55,930 nt of DNA from Clostridia bacterium (lineage in GTDB: Bacteria; Bacillota; Sulfobacillia; RBS10-35; JADGHG01): contig JADGHG010000001.1 in assembly GCA_019689585.1 (NCBI GenBank), forward strand, positions 1-55,930, written 5' to 3'. Within the stretch, counting starts at the first letter, position 1, and every line of letters starts with the position of its first letter. Below are positions 7,242 through 16,355 of the stretch, piece by piece. A program made the translations under genes and the position numbers. Below the pieces are notes generated by a model. That model was not told where the DNA came from. It searched no databases and saw only the letters and a program-made list of their open reading frames with translations.

Positions 7242-9185
7242 ATGGGCTGGCTCGACGCGATCGAAGGCCCGGAGGACATCCGCGGGCTCTCGCCACGGGA
7301 GCTGCGCGAGCTGGCGGACGAGATCCGGGAGACGATCATCGACACCGTCGCCCGAACGGGCGGCCACCTGGGCGCGAGCCTCGGGGTCGTCGAGCTGACA
7401 CTCGCGCTCCACCTCGAGTTCCAGAGCCCCGAGGACAAGATCGTCTGGGACGTCGGCCACCAGGGGTACCCGCACAAGCTCCTCACCGGGCGCAGGCGCG
7501 TCTTCCACACCTTGCGCCAGCCGGGCGGCATCTCGGGGTTTTTGCGCCGCGCGGAGAGCCCCCACGACGCCTGGGAGGCGGGACACGCCTCGACCGCGAT
7601 CTCGGCGGCCGTCGGCTTCGCCAAGGCCCGTGACCTGCGCGGGGAACGGCACCACGTCGTCGCCGTCGTCGGCGACGGGGCGCTCACGGGGGGCCTCGCC
7701 TTCGAGGGGCTCAACAACGCCGGCGCCCTGAAGAGCGACCTGGTCGTCGTCCTCAACGACAACTCGATGTCGATCGCGCCGAACGTCGGGGCGATCCACG
7801 CCTACCTGAGCCGCATCCGCAGCCTCCCGAGCTACCGCAGCCTGCGCGACGAGGTCGAGCGGGCGCTCCGGCACATCCCGCGCGTGGGCCCGCGCGTGGC
7901 GGAAGCCGTCGAGCGCGTGAAGGACAGCCTCAAGTACCTCGTGCTGCCCGGCATGCTCTTCGAGGAGCTCGGCTTCACCTACCTCGGCCCCGTCGACGGG
8001 CATAACATCCAGGCGGTGCGCGAGGCCTTGCGCCAGGCGAAGCGCGTCGGCGGCCCGGTCCTCGTCCACGTCAAGACCCAGAAGGGGCGCGGGTTCGAAC
8101 CGGCCGAGAAGGCCCCCGACGCCGGGCACAGCTTCAAGCCCTTCGACCGGGCGACGGGCCGGCCGCTCGCGAAGCCGGGGCCGCGGCCGCCCGAGTACAC
8201 GAAGGTCTTCGCCGAGACGCTCGTGGCGCTTGGGCGCGACCGGCCCGAGGTCGTCGCCGTCACGGCCGCCATGCCGGACGGGACGGGGACGCAGAGGTTC
8301 AAGGAGGCCTATCCCGACCGCTTCTTCGACGTCGGCATCGCCGAGCAGCACGCGGTCGTCTTCGCCGCCGGGCTCGCGCTCGGAGGGCTGCGCCCCGTCG
8401 TCGCCATCTACTCGACGTTCCTTCAGCGCGCCTACGACCAGCTCGTCCACGACGTCGGCCGCATGAATCTGCCCGTCGTCTTCGCCGTCGACCGCGCCGG
8501 GCTCGTCGGCCAGGACGGCGACAGCCACCAGGGGAGCTTCGACATCGCCTACCTGCGCTCGATCCCGAACTTCGTCGTCATGCAGCCGAAGGACGAGGAC
8601 GAGCTCCGCCACATGCTGCGCACGGCGATCGAGTACCGCGGAGGGCCTGTCGCCATCCGCTACCCGCGCGGCGAAGGGGTGGGCGTGCCGCTTTCGGGCG
8701 AGCCGGAGCTCCTGCCCATCGGTCGGGCCGAGCTCCTGCGGGCGGGCGAGGACGTCGCCATCCTGGCCCTCGGCCCGGCCGCGTACCGGGCTTTGGCGGC
8801 GGCCGAGGCGCTCGCCCAGGACGGCGTCTCGGCGAGGGTCGTGAACGCCCGCTTCGCCAAGCCGCTCGACCGCGAGGCCGTCCTGGCCGCGGCCGAGCTC
8901 GGCGCCCTCGTGACGGTCGAGGACGGGACGCGGCTCGGCGGCTTCGGATCGGCCGTGCTCGAGCTCCTCGCCTCCGAGGGCCGCCTCGTGCCGACGGCCG
9001 TCCTCGGCTACCCCGACCGTTTCATCGAGCACGGCGAGCCGGCCGCCCAGCTCGCCTCCTTCGGGCTCGACGCGGACGGCATCGCCCGGGCCGCCCGGAG
9101 CGTGCTCGCCGAGGCCCGCAGCCGGCGTTCGGCCGAGGTCTCGGCGGCCGCCCGCGACGGCCAGGGCGGCCCGGGCGCGGCGTGA
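7242..9185 (+). CDS. dxs: 1-deoxy-D-xylulose-5-phosphate synthase
   Basis: MGWLDAIEGPEDIRGLSPRELRELADEIR, GHLGASLGVVELTLALH, WDVGHQGYPHK, VVGDGALTGG, FDVGIAEQHAV. ATG 7242 has the SD 7 nt upstream. The 36 codons before it in the ORF track are a frame extension. Confidence 0.95.
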   Translation: MGWLDAIEGPEDIRGLSPRELRELADEIRETIIDTVARTGGHLGASLGVVELTLALHLEFQSPEDKIVWDVGHQGYPHKLLTGRRRVFHTLRQPGGISGFLRRAESPHDAWEAGHASTAISAAVGFAKARDLRGERHHVVAVVGDGALTGGLAFEGLNNAGALKSDLVVVLNDNSMSIAPNVGAIHAYLSRIRSLPSYRSLRDEVERALRHIPRVGPRVAEAVERVKDSLKYLVLPGMLFEELGFTYLGPVDGHNIQAVREALRQAKRVGGPVLVHVKTQKGRGFEPAEKAPDAGHSFKPFDRATGRPLAKPGPRPPEYTKVFAETLVALGRDRPEVVAVTAAMPDGTGTQRFKEAYPDRFFDVGIAEQHAVVFAAGLALGGLRPVVAIYSTFLQRAYDQLVHDVGRMNLPVVFAVDRAGLVGQDGDSHQGSFDIAYLRSIPNFVVMQPKDEDELRHMLRTAIEYRGGPVAIRYPRGEGVGVPLSGEPELLPIGRAELLRAGEDVAILALGPAAYRALAAAEALAQDGVSARVVNARFAKPLDREAVLAAAELGALVTVEDGTRLGGFGSAVLELLASEGRLVPTAVLGYPDRFIEHGEPAAQLASFGLDADGIARAARSVLAEARSRRSAEVSAAARDGQGGPGAA

Positions 9186-10024
9186 GGCGCCGCCTCGACC
9201 AGCTCCTCGTCGAACGGGGCCTCTTCGCGACCCGCAGTCAGGCGGCGCGCGCCATCCTGGCCGGAGAGGTGCGGGTCGCCGGGCGGGCGCGGCCGAAGCC
9301 GGGGGAGCGCGTGCCGCCCGACGTCGAGGTGACCCTCGTCTCGCCCGAGCCCCCCTACGCGAGTCGCGCCGGCCGGAAGCTCGCGCACGCGCTCGACCGC
9401 TTCCGCCTCGAGGTCCGCGGGCTCGTCTGCCTCGACCTCGGCGCCGCGACGGGCGGGTTCACCGACGTGCTCCTGCGCCGCGGCGCCCGGCGCGTCTACG
9501 CCGTCGACGTCGGCTACGGCCAGCTCCTCTGGCGCCTGCGGCAGGATCCCCGCGTGGTCGTGCTCGAGCGGACGAACGCCCGCCGGCTCGACCGGAGCCA
9601 CGTCCCGGAGCCGGTCGACTTCCTCACGGTCGACCTCTCGTTCATCGGGCTCGAGAAGGTGCTGCCGGCCGTGGCGCCGCTCCTCCGGCCGGGGGCCCTT
9701 GGGGTGGCGCTCGTGAAGCCCCAGTTCGAAGCCGGGCCGGAGAAGGTGGGGGCGGGCGGCGTCGTCCGGGACGCGGCCGTCCACCGCGAGGTCTTGACCC
9801 GGATCGTCGCCTCCCTCCCGGCCTGGGGGCTCCGGCCGCTCGCCCTCGCCGCCTCGCCTATCCGCGGCCAGGACGGGAACGCCGAGTTCCTCCTCGCGTT
9901 CTGCCGCGAGGAGCGGGAACGCCCGCCGGAGGAGGCGCCCTGCGCGTCGTCACCCCCGGCTCGGGCGACGGACGACTGGGCCCGGGCGATCGAGGCGGCG
10001 CTCGCCGAGGTGCCGCCCGCGTAG
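9182..10024 (+). CDS. tlyA: TlyA family rRNA (cytidine-2'-O)-methyltransferase
   Basis: S4-like RLDQLLVERGLFATRSQA, SRAGRKL, and the SAM motif CLDLGAATGGFTDVLL. GTGA overlap with dxs. Confidence 0.9.
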   Translation: MRRRLDQLLVERGLFATRSQAARAILAGEVRVAGRARPKPGERVPPDVEVTLVSPEPPYASRAGRKLAHALDRFRLEVRGLVCLDLGAATGGFTDVLLRRGARRVYAVDVGYGQLLWRLRQDPRVVVLERTNARRLDRSHVPEPVDFLTVDLSFIGLEKVLPAVAPLLRPGALGVALVKPQFEAGPEKVGAGGVVRDAAVHREVLTRIVASLPAWGLRPLALAASPIRGQDGNAEFLLAFCREERERPPEEAPCASSPPARATDDWARAIEAALAEVPPA

Positions 10025-10078
10025 GGCGGCCGGATAGCGATAGCGGGCGAAGCCGTTCCCCTCGCTCGGCCGGGGCGC

Positions 10079-10107
10079 TATATTAGGCCTGAACAAACGA
10101 TTGTTTG
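10079..10107 (+). promoter_or_regulatory. -10-like TATATT (10079-10084) followed by inverted repeat CAAACGATTGTTTG (10094-10107), a candidate TetR/PaaR operator
   Basis: This is the only AT-rich patch in the tlyA-TetR gap. The repeat arms are CAAAC/GTTTG. It overlaps the TTG start of the TetR gene. Confidence 0.4.
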
Positions 10108-10770
10108 GATCCTGGGCGGGAGGCGGTCGCGATCGCAAGCCTGGGCGAAGCCGTCGAGCGCGCGGGCTCGAAGGGGGCGCTCCGCCCGAGCCGGAGGCGC
10201 GACGACGTCCTCCGCGCGGCCCGTCGCGTCTTCAGCCAGAAGGGCTACCACGGCGCCTCGATGCGCGACCTCGGCGAGGCCGTCGGGCTCCGCCGGGGGA
10301 GCCTCTACGCCCATATCGCCAGCAAGGCCGAGCTCCTCTTCGAGGTGATCGACGCCGGCGCGGACGAGTTCCTGCGCGCGCTCGCGCCGATCGCCGCCTC
10401 CCCGCGGCCGGCGGCGGAGCGGCTGCGGCAGGCCTTCCGCGCGCACGCCGAGGTCGTCGCCGGCCACAGCGAGGCGGCGACCGTGTTCTTTCACGAGTGG
10501 CGCTTCCTCGCGGGCGAGGCGCGCGCCCTTATCCTCGCGAAGCGCGACCGCTACGAGGCCCTCTGGCGGTCGATCGTCGAGGACGGCATGGCCGCGGGCG
10601 AGTTCCGCCCGGGCGACGCGCGGCTTGTGACGATCTGGCTCCTTTCGGCGGCCAACTGGCTCTACCAGTGGTTCCGCCCGGACGGGCCGCTCTCGGCGGC
10701 GGCGGTCGCAGACGCGTTTGCGGACCTGGCGCTTTCGGGGCTCGCCGGGCGAGGACCGGGGGAAGCGTGA
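10105..10770 (+). CDS. TetR/AcrR family transcriptional regulator (PaaR-like by context)
   Basis: HTH region LRAARRVFSQKGYHGASMRDLGEAVGLRRGSLYAHIASKAELLFEV. TTG 10105 is the only canonical in-frame start. paaA follows 14 nt downstream. Confidence 0.85.
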   Translation: MDPGREAVAIASLGEAVERAGSKGALRPSRRRDDVLRAARRVFSQKGYHGASMRDLGEAVGLRRGSLYAHIASKAELLFEVIDAGADEFLRALAPIAASPRPAAERLRQAFRAHAEVVAGHSEAATVFFHEWRFLAGEARALILAKRDRYEALWRSIVEDGMAAGEFRPGDARLVTIWLLSAANWLYQWFRPDGPLSAAAVADAFADLALSGLAGRGPGEA

Positions 10771-10784
10771 AGGAGGTCGGGAGG

Positions 10785-11744
10785 ATGGCGCAGACGGAGG
10801 TCGAGAGGACGGAGGCCGAGGACCCGCGGCTTCGCGAGTTCGAAGCGCGCATCGAGCGGGGCGAGAAGATCGAGGCCGACGACTGGATGCCCGAGGAGTA
10901 CCGCCGGCAGTGCTTGAGGCTCATCCTCACGCACGCCAACTCCGAGATCATGGGCGCCCTGCCCGAGGGCGAGTGGATCACGCGCGCGCCCACGCTCCAC
11001 CGCAAGCTCGCCGTGCTCGCGAAGGTGCAGGACGAGATCGGCCACGCCCAGCTCATCTACCGCGTGGCGGAGGACCTGGCCCAGCCGTACGGGAAGACGC
11101 GCGAGGACTTCATCGAGGACCTCGTCGCCGGGCGCGCCAAGTTCCACAACGTCTTCTCGTACCCGGCGCCGACCTGGGCCGACGTCGGCGTGATCGCCTG
11201 GCTCGTCGACGGGGCGGCGCTCGTCACCCAGAGCTCGCTCCTCGAGACGAGCTACGGCCCCTACGCGCGCATCCTGAAGCGGATCTGCGCCGAGGAGGCG
11301 ATCCACCTGAAGCACGGCGAGGACATCGTCCTGACGCTCGCCGGCGGGACCGAGGCCCAGCGGGCCATGCTTCAGGGCGCGCTCGACCGCTGGTGGAGGC
11401 CGCTCCTCCACTTCTTCGGACCGCCGGACGAGGTGAGCCCGAACACGGCGCGGGCGATGCGCTGGCGGATCCGGCTCAAGTCGAACGAGGAGATGCGCCA
11501 GCAGTTCCTGTCCCGCTACGTCCCGAAGATCTGGGGCATGGGCTTCACCGTCCCCGACCCCGGGTTGCGGCGCGACGAGGCGACCGGCCGCTGGGAGTAC
11601 AGCGACCCGGACTGGGACGAGTTCTGGCGCGTCGTGAAAGGCGACGGGCCCCTCACCGCGAAGCGGCTCGCGCTCCGCAGGCTGAGCCACGAAGAGGGCC
11701 GCTGGGTGCGCGAGGCGCTCGCGCGGCCGAAGGCGGCGGCGTAA
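10785..11744 (+). CDS. paaA: 1,2-phenylacetyl-CoA epoxidase catalytic subunit PaaA
   Basis: MAQTEV..EADDWMPEEYRRQCLRLILTHANSEIMGALPEGEW, with di-iron ligand motifs QDEIGHAQL and AEEAIHLKHG. ATG 10785 follows AGGAGG. Confidence 0.9.
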   Translation: MAQTEVERTEAEDPRLREFEARIERGEKIEADDWMPEEYRRQCLRLILTHANSEIMGALPEGEWITRAPTLHRKLAVLAKVQDEIGHAQLIYRVAEDLAQPYGKTREDFIEDLVAGRAKFHNVFSYPAPTWADVGVIAWLVDGAALVTQSSLLETSYGPYARILKRICAEEAIHLKHGEDIVLTLAGGTEAQRAMLQGALDRWWRPLLHFFGPPDEVSPNTARAMRWRIRLKSNEEMRQQFLSRYVPKIWGMGFTVPDPGLRRDEATGRWEYSDPDWDEFWRVVKGDGPLTAKRLALRRLSHEEGRWVREALARPKAAA

Positions 11745-11755
11745 GGGGGCGGCAC

Positions 11756-12079
11756 GTGCTCGAGGTCTACGAGGTGTTCGGCCAGAAGGCGTCGGGCGAG
11801 CCGCATATGCACGTCGGCAGCGTGCTCGCCGGCGACCGCGAGCTGGCGTACGTCCTCGCGAAGGAGTGCTTCGCCCGGCGCGAGGAGTACGTGAGCCTCT
11901 GGGTGGTGGCCCGCCGGCACGTGCGGAAGACGAGCCCCGAGGACGCGCAGATGATCCCGCACACGACGGACCGGCGCTACCGGCTCGGCGAGGGCTACCG
12001 CATCTCGGTCGAGCGGTGGCGGGCATTGCAGGCGCGGCGCCGCGCCGAGGCGGCCGCGAGGGATGGTGCGGAGCCGTGA
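11756..12079 (+). CDS. paaB: 1,2-phenylacetyl-CoA epoxidase subunit PaaB
   Basis: VLEVYEVFGQKASGEPHMHVGSVLAGDRELAYVLAKECFARREEYVSLWVV. GTG 11756 lies 6 nt after AAGGGGG. Confidence 0.9.
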   Translation: MLEVYEVFGQKASGEPHMHVGSVLAGDRELAYVLAKECFARREEYVSLWVVARRHVRKTSPEDAQMIPHTTDRRYRLGEGYRISVERWRALQARRRAEAAARDGAEP

Positions 12080-12891
12080 CGGGGCGCGGAGGCCCGCTGC
12101 GCCACGTCCTCCTCTCGCTCGCCGACGACGAGCTCGTCCTCGGCCACCGGGACTCGGAGTGGACGGCCTTCGCGCCCTTCATCGAGGAGGATGTCGCCCT
12201 CGCCTCGATCGCCCAGGACGAGCTGAGCCACGCCGCGGTCTACCTCCGCCTCCTCGCCGAGGCGGAGCCGGATGCGCCCGAGGACGAGCGCGACCCGGAC
12301 CGGCTCACCTTCCTGCGGGGGCCCGAGGCGTTCCGCAACGCCCGCCTCCTCGAGCGGCCGAACGGCGACTGGGCCTACACCTGCGTGCGGCATCTGGCCT
12401 ACGACCTGTTCGACGACCTGAGGCTCAAGGCGCTCGCGCGGTCGGGGTACCGGCCGCTCGCCGAGGCGGTCGACCGCCTCGCGCGCGAGGAGCGGTACCA
12501 TCTCGTCCACGGGCGCACTTGGCTCGCCAGGCTCGGCGAAGCCGAGGGCGAGGCGCGCGAGCGGCTCGCCCTGGCCGTCGGCGCCGTGATGGCGGACGCG
12601 CCGGGGCTCTTCGAGGAGTCGCCCGAAGACGAGCTCGCCGTCGCGGCGGGGATCGTGCCGGCGGGCCCGGCTGCCCTCGCGGCGCCGTGGGCCGAGGCGA
12701 TGCGGGCCGAGCTCGCGCCGATCGGGCTCGCCGACCGCGTGCCGCCGCCCGAGACGCTCGTCCGCGACGCGCGGGGGGACGGGCCCAAGGGGCCGCTGGG
12801 CGGCCGGCGAGGCCGGCACACCGACGACCTCTCCGCTCTCCTTTCCGCCCTGGGGGAGGTGTACCGAAGTGATCCCCGAGCCAGCTGGTGA
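12076..12891 (+). CDS. paaC: 1,2-phenylacetyl-CoA epoxidase subunit PaaC
   Basis: LLSLADDELVLGHRDSEW, IAQDELSHAAVY, LAREERYHLVHGRTW. GTGA overlap with paaB. Confidence 0.85.
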   Translation: MTGRGGPLRHVLLSLADDELVLGHRDSEWTAFAPFIEEDVALASIAQDELSHAAVYLRLLAEAEPDAPEDERDPDRLTFLRGPEAFRNARLLERPNGDWAYTCVRHLAYDLFDDLRLKALARSGYRPLAEAVDRLAREERYHLVHGRTWLARLGEAEGEARERLALAVGAVMADAPGLFEESPEDELAVAAGIVPAGPAALAAPWAEAMRAELAPIGLADRVPPPETLVRDARGDGPKGPLGGRRGRHTDDLSALLSALGEVYRSDPRASW

Positions 12892-13363
12892 AGGGCTCGT
12901 CGAGCGCGTCCGCGAGGCGCTCGCGACCGTGCACGATCCCGAGATCCCGAGCGTCAGCATCGTCGACCTCGGCCTCGTCGAGACGGTGCGGGCGGACGAG
13001 GCGGGGCGCGTCGAGGTCGAGCTCCTTCCGACCTTCACCGGCTGTCCGGCGCTCGACATCATCGCCCTCGAGGCGGAGCGGGCCGTCCGCGCCACGCCGG
13101 GCGTCCGCTCGGCCGAGGTGCGCTTCGTGCTCCACCCGGCCTGGACGACCGACCGCATCAGCCCGGAAGGCCGGAGGCGGCTCCGCGAGTTCGGCATCGC
13201 GCCGCCGGCGCCTTCCGCCGCCCGGCCCGCCCCCGACGTCGCCTGTCCCTTCTGCGGGTCGAAGGACACGGTCGTCGAGAGCGCCTTCGGGCCCACCCGC
13301 TGCCGCTCGATCTACTACTGCCGCGCCTGCCGGAACCCGTTCGAGAAGATCAAGGAAGTCTGA
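12869..13363 (+). CDS. paaD: phenylacetate-CoA oxygenase subunit PaaD (DUF59 plus C-terminal zinc ribbon)
   Basis: VHDPEIPSVSIVDLGLV, LPTFTGCPALD, CPFCGS..YYCRACRNPFE. GTG 12869 lies 7 nt after GGGGGAGGTG. Confidence 0.85.
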   Translation: MIPEPAGEGLVERVREALATVHDPEIPSVSIVDLGLVETVRADEAGRVEVELLPTFTGCPALDIIALEAERAVRATPGVRSAEVRFVLHPAWTTDRISPEGRRRLREFGIAPPAPSAARPAPDVACPFCGSKDTVVESAFGPTRCRSIYYCRACRNPFEKIKEV

Positions 13364-13776
13364 TGCGCAACCCGGTCCCCGTCGGAACGGAGGCCGAGGT
13401 CCGCTTCGAGGTCCGCCCCGGCATGGAGGCGGCCTTCGACGGGCGCGTCGTCCACCGGGTCCTCGCCACCTGGTGGCTCGTGCACTACATGGAGTACGCG
13501 GCCCGTCGCGTCCTCGAGCCGTACCTCGCCGAGGACGAGGAGGGGGCGGGCGTCGGGATCAACGTGCGCCACCTGGGCCCGGCGCCCGTCGGGGAACGCG
13601 TGCGGGTCGTGGCCCGCGCGACGCAGATGGAGGGCCAGAAGCTCGTCTGCTCCGTCTTCGCCGAGTGCAGCCGGGGGCCGGTCGGCGAGGGCGTCGTCTA
13701 CCAGGCCGTCTGGCCGAAGGGAGCCCTCGCCGAGCGGATGGCCGGGCGCGCCTCCGGCCGCTCCTCCCAGGCCTGA
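13363..13776 (+). CDS. hotdog-fold thioesterase (COG5496-like)
   Basis: VLATWWLVHYMEYAARRVLEPYLAEDEEGAGVGINVRHLGPAPVGERVRV. The ATG overlaps the paaD stop (TGATG), with an AAGGAAG SD. Confidence 0.7.
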   Translation: MRNPVPVGTEAEVRFEVRPGMEAAFDGRVVHRVLATWWLVHYMEYAARRVLEPYLAEDEEGAGVGINVRHLGPAPVGERVRVVARATQMEGQKLVCSVFAECSRGPVGEGVVYQAVWPKGALAERMAGRASGRSSQA

Positions 13777-14945
13777 GGCGCCGCCGGGTCCCAGATCCGC
13801 CCGGCGACCACGACGCGCTCGATCTCGAGCTCCGGGGAGACGACGAGAAGGTCGGCGTCCGCGCCCGGCTCGATCGCGCCCTTGCGCGGGAGGCCGAGGA
13901 TGCGGGCCGGGTTGCGCGTCGCGAAGGCGAGCGCCGTCGCGAGGGGGAGGCCCGCCCGGACGGCTTTCTGCAGGCTCTCCCAGAGCACCCGGAGCGAGCC
14001 GACGCCGACCTCGACGACCCGGCCCGCGGCGTCGAAGACCGGCAGGCTGCCGTTGCCGTCCGAGCTCAGCGTGAGCCGCGCCGGGTCCACGCCCTCGCGC
14101 AGGAGGAGGGGCAGCGCCTCCTCCGGGGGCACGGCCTCGGGTTCGCCGAGCTCCGGCCGGCAGGCGGCCGTGACGTCGAGGGGGGCCCCTTCGCGCGCGA
14201 ACGCCGCCGCCTCGTGGAGGAGCGGCCGCCGGCGGTTGACGTGCGTCGGGTAGAACTGGGCGGCGGGCAGGTCGCTCGCCGCCACGGCGGCCCGCAGGCG
14301 TCGGAGGCCGGAGGGGGCGTCTCCCACGTGAAGGTGGAGGAGTCCCGGCTTCCCGGCGAGGAGCCCGCCGATGCGGGCGCGCGCCGCGAGGCGCACGACG
14401 TCGGCCGGGTCGGCCTGGGACGCGCGGGCGTCGGCGATGGCCACCTCGCCGACGCCGACCACCTCGCCGACGAGCGCGATGTCGCGCTCGACGTCGCCCG
14501 TGATCGTCGCGGGCGGGATCTGGTAGGAGCCCGTGTAGATCCAGGCCGCGACCCCTTCCGCGGCGAGCGCCCTGGCCTTCGCGAGGAGCGAGGCCAGAGA
14601 GCGCATCACCCCGTCGAAGCCGAGAAGCCCCACGACCGTCGTCACACCGGCGGAGAGGAGCGCCGTCGCCGTCACCTCGGGTGCGCGCGTCGCGGGTCCG
14701 CCCTCGCCCCCGCCGCCCAGGATGTGGACGTGGCCGTCGACGAGGCCCGGGAGGACGTAGCGTCCGCGGGCGTCGACGACCTCGCAGGCGAACGGGGGCG
14801 GCGGCTGGGCGAGGTCCGGGCCGAGGGCGGCGATCCGCCCGAAGACGCAGAGGATGTCGACCCGGCCGAGCGGCTCGGGGGCGAACACGGTCCCCCCTCG
14901 CACGAGGAGGCAGGGGACGCCGCGGGCGGCGCGAAGGTCGGCCAC
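13698..14945 (-). CDS. iadA: beta-aspartyl/isoaspartyl dipeptidase
   Basis: Amidohydrolase signature [52 protein letters not shown] start. The 3' end overlaps the converging thioesterase gene by 79 nt. Confidence 0.85.
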   Translation of the reverse strand: MADLRAARGVPCLLVRGGTVFAPEPLGRVDILCVFGRIAALGPDLAQPPPPFACEVVDARGRYVLPGLVDGHVHILGGGGEGGPATRAPEVTATALLSAGVTTVVGLLGFDGVMRSLASLLAKARALAAEGVAAWIYTGSYQIPPATITGDVERDIALVGEVVGVGEVAIADARASQADPADVVRLAARARIGGLLAGKPGLLHLHVGDAPSGLRRLRAAVAASDLPAAQFYPTHVNRRRPLLHEAAAFAREGAPLDVTAACRPELGEPEAVPPEEALPLLLREGVDPARLTLSSDGNGSLPVFDAAGRVVEVGVGSLRVLWESLQKAVRAGLPLATALAFATRNPARILGLPRKGAIEPGADADLLVVSPELEIERVVVAGRIWDPAAPQAWEERPEARPAIRSARAPFGQTAW

Positions 14946-14949
14946 GACG

Positions 14950-14979
14950 CTAACATGCCCCGCCGCCTCGCGGTATCAT
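14950..14979 (+). promoter_or_regulatory. possible sigma-A promoter for icd (CTAACA-18 nt-TATCAT)
   Basis: Located in the divergent iadA/icd gap. The -10, TATCAT, is at 14974-14979. The -35 matches 4 of 6 positions. Confidence 0.25.
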
Positions 14980-15030
14980 GGGCGCCGGACCGGCGGGGGA
15001 GCCCCGGCCGGAAGGCGAGGAGGATGGCGC

Positions 15031-16272
15031 TTGGCGTACCGTCCCGAGCCGCCCGCCGACGGGCGGCCCATCGAGTACCGCGAGGGCAGGCTCGTCGTCC
15101 CCGACCGGCCGATCGTGCCCTTCATCGAGGGGGACGGGACGGGGCCCGACATCTGGCGCGCTGCGCGGCGCGTGCTCGACGCGGCCGTGGAACGGGCTTA
15201 CGGCGGGGCGCGCCGCATCGCCTGGATGGAGGTGCTCGCCGGCGAGAAGGCGTACCGGACGGTCGGGAGCTGGCTGCCGGACGAGACGCTTTCGGCCATC
15301 CGGACCTTTCGCGTCGCCATCAAGGGACCGCTCACGACGCCCGTCGGGGGCGGCATCCGCAGCCTCAACGTCGCCCTCCGCCAGGAACTCGACCTCTACG
15401 CCTGCATCCGGCCCGTGCGCTGGTTCCCGGGCGTGCCGTCGCCCGTCCGTCACCCGGAGCGGCTCGACGTCGTCATCTTCCGCGAGAACACCGAGGACAT
15501 CTACGCCGGCATCGAGTGGGCGGCCGGAAGCGCCGAGGCGGAGGAGCTGGCCGGCATCCTGAAGGAGCGCTTCGGCCGCGAGGTGCGCCCGGGCAGTGCC
15601 CTCGGCGTGAAGCCGATGAGCGCCTTCGGCTCCAAGCGGCTTGTGCGCATGGCGATCCGCTATGCGCTCGAGCGGGGCCGCCCGAGCGTGACGCTCGTGC
15701 ACAAGGGGAACATCATGAAGTTCACCGAGGGCGCCTTCCGCGCCTGGGGCTACGAGGTGGCCCGGGAGGAGTTCGGCGACCGCACCATCACCTGGGAGGA
15801 GGTCCAGGCGGCGGGCGGCCGCGCGCCCGAGGGTCGCCTCCTCGTCAAGGACGAGATCTGCGACGCCATGTTCCAGAAGCTCCTTTTGCGGCCCGAGGAC
15901 TACAGCGTCATCGCCACGCCGAACCTGAACGGCGACTACCTCTCCGACGCGGCCGCGGCGCAGGTCGGCGGCATCGGCATGGCGCCGGGGGCGAACGTCG
16001 GCGACGGGTACGCCGTCTTCGAGGCCACGCACGGGACGGCGCCGAAGTACGCGAACCAGGACAAGGTGAACCCGGGAAGCCTCATCCTTTCGGGCGTCAT
16101 GCTCCTCGAGCACCTCGGCTGGCAGGAGCCGGCCGACCGGATCGTGCGCGCCGTGGAGGAGACGATCCAGGCCGGGGTCGTCACCTACGACCTGGCGCGC
16201 CTCATGACGGGGGCGCGCGAGGTGCGGACGAGCGAGTTCGCCGACGCCGTCGTCGCGCGGCTCCGAGCCTGA
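15031..16272 (+). CDS. icd: NADP-dependent isocitrate dehydrogenase
   Basis: [89 protein letters not shown] 15031 lies 6 nt after GAGGAGGA. The ATG at 15024 is out of frame. Confidence 0.9.
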   Translation: MAYRPEPPADGRPIEYREGRLVVPDRPIVPFIEGDGTGPDIWRAARRVLDAAVERAYGGARRIAWMEVLAGEKAYRTVGSWLPDETLSAIRTFRVAIKGPLTTPVGGGIRSLNVALRQELDLYACIRPVRWFPGVPSPVRHPERLDVVIFRENTEDIYAGIEWAAGSAEAEELAGILKERFGREVRPGSALGVKPMSAFGSKRLVRMAIRYALERGRPSVTLVHKGNIMKFTEGAFRAWGYEVAREEFGDRTITWEEVQAAGGRAPEGRLLVKDEICDAMFQKLLLRPEDYSVIATPNLNGDYLSDAAAAQVGGIGMAPGANVGDGYAVFEATHGTAPKYANQDKVNPGSLILSGVMLLEHLGWQEPADRIVRAVEETIQAGVVTYDLARLMTGAREVRTSEFADAVVARLRA

Positions 16273-16355
16273 CGCGGCGGAGGAATCGCCCCCGCCGGCT
16301 CGAACCTGGCAGTACGCCCGGCTTCCTCTCGGCGCGGAGGGAAGGGGAGTCCCCC

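Noticed and set aside
8538-8544. Additional 0A-box matches (TTCGACA at 8538-8544 and 42103-42109; TGTCGAA at 25920-25926)
   Set aside because: All lie inside coding sequences (dxs, the ABC binding protein, ald), far from promoters. They are most simply chance occurrences of a 7-mer.
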